From Octopus vulgaris (lineage: Eukaryota): a DNA stretch of 64,000 nt. Of this stretch, positions 56,435-64,000 are shown piece after piece (positions within the stretch are counted from its first letter, which is position 1; each line of letters opens with the position of its first letter). Position numbers and translations under genes: made by a program. The notes under the pieces were generated by a model that did no database searches, had not been told where the DNA came from, and saw only the letters and a program-made list of their open reading frames with translations. The DNA lies in NCBI GenBank assembly GCA_951406725.2, contig OX597820.1, positions 73,222,001 to 73,286,000 of the forward strand, given 5' to 3'.

Positions 56435-57462
56435 ATATTCCATAATACCGCATTATAACAACACAATGGCTTAATACTGTAAGAACACAAGTCAGTATTA
56501 TTGTGCTTTTCATTAAGTGAAACCTTTTACTTGAAACATTTACACAATAAAAAATACCTTTGTTCTTAATGGGAAGATACAGATGGCTGAATTACTGCGT
56601 CAAGTCCATCTGATTTAAGATCTAGACTTCTTCATATCTTATAAATAACTACAAGATTAAGTTTATAACAGTATCTATTACAGAGAATATAGATGGACCC
56701 CATGCATCTAATGGACTCGCCCATTATCTTATATCTTTATAGATTTTGTTCGTGTACTGACACAATCACAGACATATGCGTGCATATATATGTATTCAAA
56801 TGTGTGTGTGTGTTTATATATATATCTGTGTGAGTGTATATACATGTAGTCAAACACACACACAAAGTCACATTCACACATATATAACATTATTGCAGTT
56901 ATCACATACATATATGAAATTTGATGTGCGTGTGTAAATAGATAAATATGCGTGCGCTTGTATGCTTTGTGTGTGCGAATGTATGCACACCATCACACCA
57001 GACACACATAATCGCACACAAACACACACATATACACTTAAGCACACACACAGATGTAGACGCATTCAAAATTGTTTACAAACTTTGGTCTTTATTCGTA
57101 ATTGTTTCTCTCTCCTTCTCTCTCTCTCTCTCTCTCTCACCATCTCTCTCACACCCTCTCTCTCTCTCGCACCCTCTCTCTCCCTCTTTCTATCCCTGTC
57201 TCTCTCTCACTGTCTCTCTCTTACTGTCTCTCTCTCTCTCTCTTCCCGTCTTTCTTTCTTTCTAGCTCACACTCTCCCTTTCTCTTCCTTCGCCTCTCTC
57301 CTTATCTCTTTATCCCCATCTCTCTCTCTCACCGTCTCTCTTTCACTAACTCTCTCTCCCTTTTTCTTCCTTCGTCTCTCTCCTTGTCTTTTTCTTCACA
57401 TCTCTCTCGCTTTCACTCTCTCTTTTATTTTCTCTCTCTTTCATTTTCTCTCTCTTTCATTT

Positions 57463-57506
<44 letters not shown>

Positions 57507-58216
57507 TTAACCGTCTTCTTGCTTTAATGGTCCACCGGGAATAATTCAGTTAACAACAGAAGAAGCTGCTGTCTTCAAATCTAATGGCGCTGGCCCATCC
57601 AACCATATGAAAAGAACGAGATACACACATAAGAAAAGCGTACGTGCTTTCTTAGTCCACGGAGAGATTACTAAATACTTACAACACTTGCAAAGTTCAT
57701 CTCACAAGACTGTTTTTCAACCGACCAACAAAGAAATTAAACAGCAAAATAAATAAAAAAAGTAAATAAATAAATAAATAAATAAATATGGCGTTTATAT
57801 ATTTGTTTGTTTGTTTGTGTGCTGTATTGAATGCTGTATTGAATATCATTAATATCAAGTACTTGGAAAGAGCGTCCGATGTCTGTGTTGCCTCTTTAAT
57901 AGTTATGTTTAGCTTCAGATGTTGATTATAACTCAAGTAATAAAAACATATGAAGTTGCAAGTGCCAGTGTGTCATCTAATAAACAAACATGGTGGACGT
58001 TAGACGTTTATTTGTTTACGTCTGTTAAAAACCTAATAATACTCGTTTCTCGATTCCGAAACACTTTCATCTGAACGTAAGCGAATCTGCTTCTCTCTCT
58101 CTCTCATTGAATCTACCTATCCATCGCCCTCTACTCTACTCTCTCTCTTTCTCTGTCTCTTTGTATTTAATTTAACCATCAATATGTCGATTCATCTATA
58201 CACTCACTTACACAAA

Positions 58217-58446
58217 AGGCGGCGAGCTGGCAGAAACGTTAGCACGCCGGGTGAAATGCTTTGCGGTATTTCGTCCGTCGTTACGTTCTGAGTTCAAATT
58301 CCGCCGAGGTCAACTTTGCCTTTCATCCTTTCGGGGGCGATAAATTAAGGACCAGTTACGCACTGGGGTCGATGTAATCGACTTAATCCGTTTGTCTGTC
58401 CTTGTTTGTCTCCTCTATGTTTAGCCCCTTGTGGGTAGTAAAGAAA
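58217..58446 (+). mobile_element. SINE family B monomer
   Basis: Matches the family consensus. Confidence 0.9.
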
Positions 58447-58510
58447 TATATACACACACATACCATGTATCTGTGTATGTGTGCGCGTGTGTGCATACAC
58501 ACGTATATAC

Positions 58511-58714
58511 TTTCTCTTTTACTTGTTTCAGTCATTTGACTGTGGCCATGCTGGAGCACCGCCTTTAGTCGAGCAAATCGACACCAGGACTTATTCTTTG
58601 TAAGCCTAGTACTTATTCTATCGGTCTCTTTTGCCGAACTGCTAAGTTACGGGGACGTAAACACACCACCATCGGTTGTCAAGCGATGGTGGGGGGATAA
58701 ACACACACACATAA

Positions 58715-58761
<47 letters not shown>

Positions 58762-58925
58762 CGACGGGCTTCTTTCAGTTTCCGTCTACCAATTCCACTC
58801 AGAAGGCTTTGGTAGGCCCGAGGCTACAGTAGAAGACACTTGCCTAAGGTGCCACGCAGTGGGAATGAACCCGGAATTATGTGGTTGGTAAGCAAGCTAC
58901 TTACCACATAGCCACTCCTGCGCCT
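58511..58925 (-). mobile_element. SINE family A, full length
   Basis: Reverse complement of the consensus, with internal (CA)(TA) tract. Confidence 0.92.
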
Positions 58926-58926
58926 A

Positions 58927-58973
<47 letters not shown>

Positions 58974-59259
58974 CGCACACAGAAGTATCTATATATCTTT
59001 ATCTCTATATGTGTATCTGTGTATGTGTGTATGTATACACATGTCTGTCTTTTAATTTGTGCTGGTCCACCACCATCGCTTGACAACTGGTGTTTGTTTG
59101 ATTACATCCCTGTAACAAACCGGTCCGGCAAAAGCGTCGGAGAGAAAAAGTGCCAGACTTTAAAATAAGAAGTGGGGTCGATTTGTTCGACCAAACCCTT
59201 CATGGCCCCAGCATGGCCACAATCTCATGACTGAAACAAGTAAAAGATAAAAAATATTC

Positions 59260-59570
59260 TTTTCTACTCCAGGAACAAGGACCGAAATTTTGAGTGCGCA
59301 ACTGGTACTTAATTTATCGACCCCGAAAGGTTGAAAAGCAAAGTCGACCTTGGCGGAATTTTAACTCAGAACGTAAAGACAATCGAAATACTGCTAAGCA
59401 TTTCGCCCGGTGTGCTAACGTTTCTTATTTCTTTACTAACCACAAGGGGCTACACACAGAGAAGACAAACAAGGACAGACAAACGGATTAAGGCGATTAT
59501 ATCGACCTCGGCGGAATTTGAACTCAGAACGTAGCAGCAGACGAATTACCGCTGAGCATTTCGCCCGCCT
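59260..59570 (-). mobile_element. SINE family B composite
   Basis: Reverse complement of head, central domain and tails. Confidence 0.8.
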
Positions 59571-59995
59571 TAAAATTAAAGAATATTAACGGCCAAAACA
59601 TTTTGAAAATCTGCTCTGTGTTCGTATTTGGTTACAATTATCCTGAATTAACTTATCATCGGGAATCCAGAATGATTTAGAAACGTTTTTTTTTTCAAAA
59701 CAATCGTATTTCATTACATCTAAATATATAAAAGTCAGGTTGTGTGCGTATATGCGTAAACCCGCATCATTTCTGAAGTTCATAGCTGATTTTCTCCAAA
59801 CTGGGAACATACATAACTTATGTTCCAGACATGGTTTTAGACTCTTAAAATTTTCGACATAATTAGTAACGGGGCCCTTAGGACAAGTCGCTTAGTCGAA
59901 TTCGCCCATCATTTACTCCAGAAATGTTTTGTCGTCAATGATGCACTTCCCCGTATCACATGTTTCAACATAACTGTAATAAATACCATTTTAAT

Positions 59996-60023
59996 CCCGA
60001 GCAACGCCAGGTATCTCTGCTAG
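59996..60023 (+). mobile_element. Possible Helitron 3' terminus
   Basis: CCCGAGCAACGCCAGG (degenerate GC hairpin), short spacer, CTAG followed by T. The 5' end was not identified. Confidence 0.4.
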
Positions 60024-60759
60024 TTGTTAATACAAGGGCTTTGAGCTAGCAGAATCGTTAGCGCATCAGTAAAAAAGGCTCAGCAGCTTTTCTTTTGGTT
60101 TGTTACGTTTTGGTTCTAATTCCACCAAGGTTGTTTGCCATTTGTCATTTCGGAGTTGATAAAATAAATACCAGTCAAGTACTGAGGTCGATTCAATAGG
60201 CTGTCCATTCCTCTCAAAATTGTTGGTCTTGGTGTTGCGCGAAAATTAGAAAACATTTTTAATATCAAGGAAAGGAAGGCGGCAAGTTGGCAGAATCGTT
60301 ACGGTGCCGAAATAGATGCTTTGCTGCCTTTCGTCCGGTTTTTACGTTCTGAGTTCAAACGCTTCCGGGATCGACTTCGGGGTCGATAAAATAAGCACCA
60401 GTTGGTGATTGGAGTTAATGTAATCGACTTACCTATTCCCAAAATTGCTGGCCTTATGTCAAAATTTGAAACTAGTATTAGGGAAGAGGTAGCGAGCGTG
60501 CATGCCGGTCAAAATGCTCAGCAACCTTTTCGCCTGATTTCGTTCTCAGTTCAAATTCTGTCAAGGTCGACTCTGCTTTTTATCCTTTTGGATTGATTAA
60601 AAAAGGACCAGTCAAGTACTGCAATCAATGTAACCTAACAACTCCCCACCCTTATAATTAATGGTCTTGTACCAAAATTTGAAATCATTGTTAATACCAG
60701 GTAAAAATTATTAAAAAAATTCTTTCCTTATTTCAAAGATTTTTCATAAATTTTCACAG

Positions 60760-60914
60760 ATGTGGCAGTGTGGTAAGAAGCTTGCTTCCCAACCACATGG
60801 TTCTGGATTCAATCCCACTGCGTGGCACCTTGGGTAAATGTTTTCTGCTATAGCCTCGGGTCAACCAAAGCCTTGTGAGTGAATTTAGTAGACGAAAACT
60901 GAAAGAAGCCCGTC

Positions 60915-60962
<48 letters not shown>

Positions 60963-61180
60963 GTTTGTCCCCCCACCATCGCTTGACAACCGATATTGGT
61001 GTGTTTACATCCCCGTAACTCAGCGGTTCGGCAAAAAGAGACCGATAAGTTAAGTATTAGGCTTACAAAGAATAAGTCTTGGCGTCGATTTGTTCGACTA
61101 AAGGCGGTGCTCCAACATGGTCGCAATCAAATGACTGAAACAAGTAAAAGAATAAAGGAATAAAAGAATAAAAGAATATA
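60760..61180 (+). mobile_element. SINE family A
   Basis: Matches the consensus, including the (AATAAAAG)n tail. Confidence 0.88.
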
Positions 61181-62763
61181 CAAATACCTTCTTGAAACAT
61201 GCTTTGCTGTTGCCGTTATCCGTTCCTTTAATCATCAAAACCTACCAGATGCTTATTCCCTCGACACAAAACAACAATTCTTCCAAGCCTGAGTCTCTAA
61301 CAAAATGTGACGATACCATCATACACCTGATCTACATAACGGATTAGTTTCTTAGAAACGTTCTCAAAACCCTATTTGCTACTCTGCATCATAATGAGCT
61401 TATACTTTTCAGCAGGTACGATCAACATCATGCGAATACCATTGTGTCAGGAATTTGCATATAAGCCTAATGTATATTCATAAAGTGTTGCCATGCTTAC
61501 TGTTTCACTTACATTTTGTCTATTTCTATATTCTTTATCGGTTTTTATGTCCCCCAGTATTCTTTAAATACTATATTTAATTTTAAATACACATTTTAAA
61601 GTTTTCTTTTATTAACAACACATTTCATATTATTATCGTTCATAATCTAATACATTTCGGCAATTTCTTTAATTCTGTTTTCGATATAAGAACTTAATAT
61701 AGCAGAATGATTGTGGCAAACGTCGAAGCATTTTAAATGTACATTTTATCTTTTACTTGTTCAAGCCAGCAGACTGCGGCCATGCTGGAGCACCGTCTTG
61801 AATTTTTTGTCGAATGAATCAACCCCAGTATTTATTATTTATTCTATAGCTTGATACTTATTCTATGAGTCCCTTATATATATATATATAACTGACTTCC
61901 TCACAATTTCTGTCGACTAAATTCACTCACAAGTCGTAGGTCGACCCGAGGCTATGATAGAAGATAGTTGCAGGACTTGAGTAGGACTGCTACGCCAAAA
62001 TCTTAGCCAACTAACCAATAATCAAAAGCATTTAATCTATCATAGTTCCGTCTCATTTTCAGATTTGGTGTGGCTTGAACTATCTTACCCAATGAATAAC
62101 TGCATTGTTTATCAATCTGTAGATGGTAGTATGTGCGACTTGAAGGTGTTTTTACTGCTATTTCCAGCATGCCAAACATCCTGTGTTAGAGGTCTCCTTG
62201 TTCGATTGTTTATGCAATTTTTCTAGGCTGTGAGATTAAGAAATTCGCTTTGCAGCCGTTTGGTTTCTGGTTCAATCCCATTATATAGCATCTTGGGCAA
62301 ATATCTTATAATAGTCCCGACTGATTATTGCTGTGTGAGTGAAATTATTAGACGGAAAGTGTTCGGAAGCCTCAATATGTGTGTGGTTGACCCCCACCAC
62401 CACTTGTCAACTGGTGTTAATTTGTTTACACCTCCATAACATAGCTGTACCACAAAAGAGACCGATAGAATAAGTACCAGACTTTGAAAATAAGTATTGA
62501 GGTCGATTTGACCGACTAAATCCTTCAAGTTAAAAGGGCAGTCTGTGACCCTGTACCACCAGTATTTGCTTTCTAAATCCTGGATATCCATAGGAATTAG
62601 AACTTCACTATGTTTTTTTTTTTTTTGCTTTTTTTTGTATCTTTTAAAAATCTGGTATTTATTCTATGTCATTTTGCTGAACTACTAAGTTACAGAGAGG
62701 TAAATAGACCAACACCGGTTGACATGCAGCATGTGAGAGTGGGGGTAGACAGTCACAGATATT

Positions 62764-62794
<31 letters not shown>

Positions 62795-64000
62795 GGAGGA
62801 CTTCCACACAGTTTCCATCTGCCACCAAATTCACTCTAGAGGCTGACATGAATGGGGCTTGCTTTGGACCTGTGACTCTGGATGTGTATCAGGTGGGTGC
62901 CACTGTGACATTCGGCGTTTTGTTTTTGGTGGGGGGGCACTTTTATTTTAGACCAGCGGTACCCATCCCTCTTTATCTCTGTCATATGGAAATAGGCTGA
63001 CTGATAGATAGAAAATAAAAGAAGAATCGATCCATGGTACTTTATTTAATGACCTCGAAAGAATGCAAAGCCAAGTTGACCATATAGGGATCTGAACTCT
63101 AAGAGTAGCAAGCATGAACATTTGCTGTAAAAAGCAATCGATTCGACTATGTAACGACTCTGCCAATTGGCGGCCTATCTAATGCTATTTATTGGGAAAG
63201 CCATAAACGTCACAATTCTCCACCCTTTAGAAAAAACAATTTTATAAAAAGAAATACAGCCGACTATTCTAGAGTCAATCTATGAAAAGTAGTTATAACT
63301 TCCTAACATCGTTAATTCTCTCCCGAGAGAAAAAAAATATATGAATGCCAACCATACAATAAATATCTTCGCCCCTCTTCCCTATAAATATAAAAATCTT
63401 GTGATTATGTAAGAAATCAATAAATTTGCAGCAGATATTATTTATTTTATAGCTCCAATGAAACTTTTGTGCACGAAAATATATATCTCCTCTGCTTTCG
63501 AAAAAAATATGATGAATATAATTATATAACATGAAGCTGTTGATAGAGCGAACTTGATAATATTACGTGATGTTAATCACAATCACAGCCAAGTGGTCCA
63601 TTCTGCAATTATGGGATCGCAGGTTCGATCTACTTGCGAGACATTCTAGGTTAATCTGAAGTCTTTCATGAGCCCTAGCACCTATAAGGTTAGAGTACAA
63701 CCTGGTTTCCAGGGCATATAAGTGACAGAGGGACGCAAGTCCATCGCAGGTTTAACTTCGCAGCTATTGTTGGAATTCGTTTGTAGCTAAGCGGATTGGA
63801 GTAACGTCAAATGATGTATTTTGCTCATGAACACAATGCACTGCAATCCTCTGGTAGAAACCGCGTGTCACAGTTTCACAATACGCGCTCCACAGTGTCA
63901 CAATATGTGTGCCACAATGTATAACATAACTGACCGTTTTGGATTACAGTACAACACATGCGATGGTTGCCTCCCTTTCCGCCTGCTCAATTTCTCTCAC

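Overview
AT-rich, repeat-saturated animal non-coding DNA. It is most likely a cephalopod (Octopus-like), judged from recalled SINE families and microsatellite load; this was not verified by search. No host protein-coding exon is recognisable, and almost all listed ORFs are translations of microsatellites or SINEs. Real coding remnants are all from transposons: a full-length frameshifted mariner (2254-3531), a foldback mariner derivative, a Tc1 DD34E element with IR/DR ends nested in a SINE (44501-45993), a deleted Tc1, two maT/DD37D-like copies, an RTE LINE 3' end, and a 5'-truncated Penelope-like element (PLE) with a GIY-YIG domain. Three or more tRNA-derived SINE families, hAT- and Merlin-like MITEs and a 5.2-kb compound microsatellite fill the rest. 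The most striking hidden signal is about ten type-I hammerhead ribozyme (HHR) motifs on both strands, in short modules mostly inserted in (TA)n and often carrying inverted terminal duplications. The best is a 353-nt, terminally redundant, hairpin-rich unit at 50131-50496 with a canonical HHR. It resembles an integrated retrozyme-like circular RNA monomer or a solo PLE pseudo-LTR.
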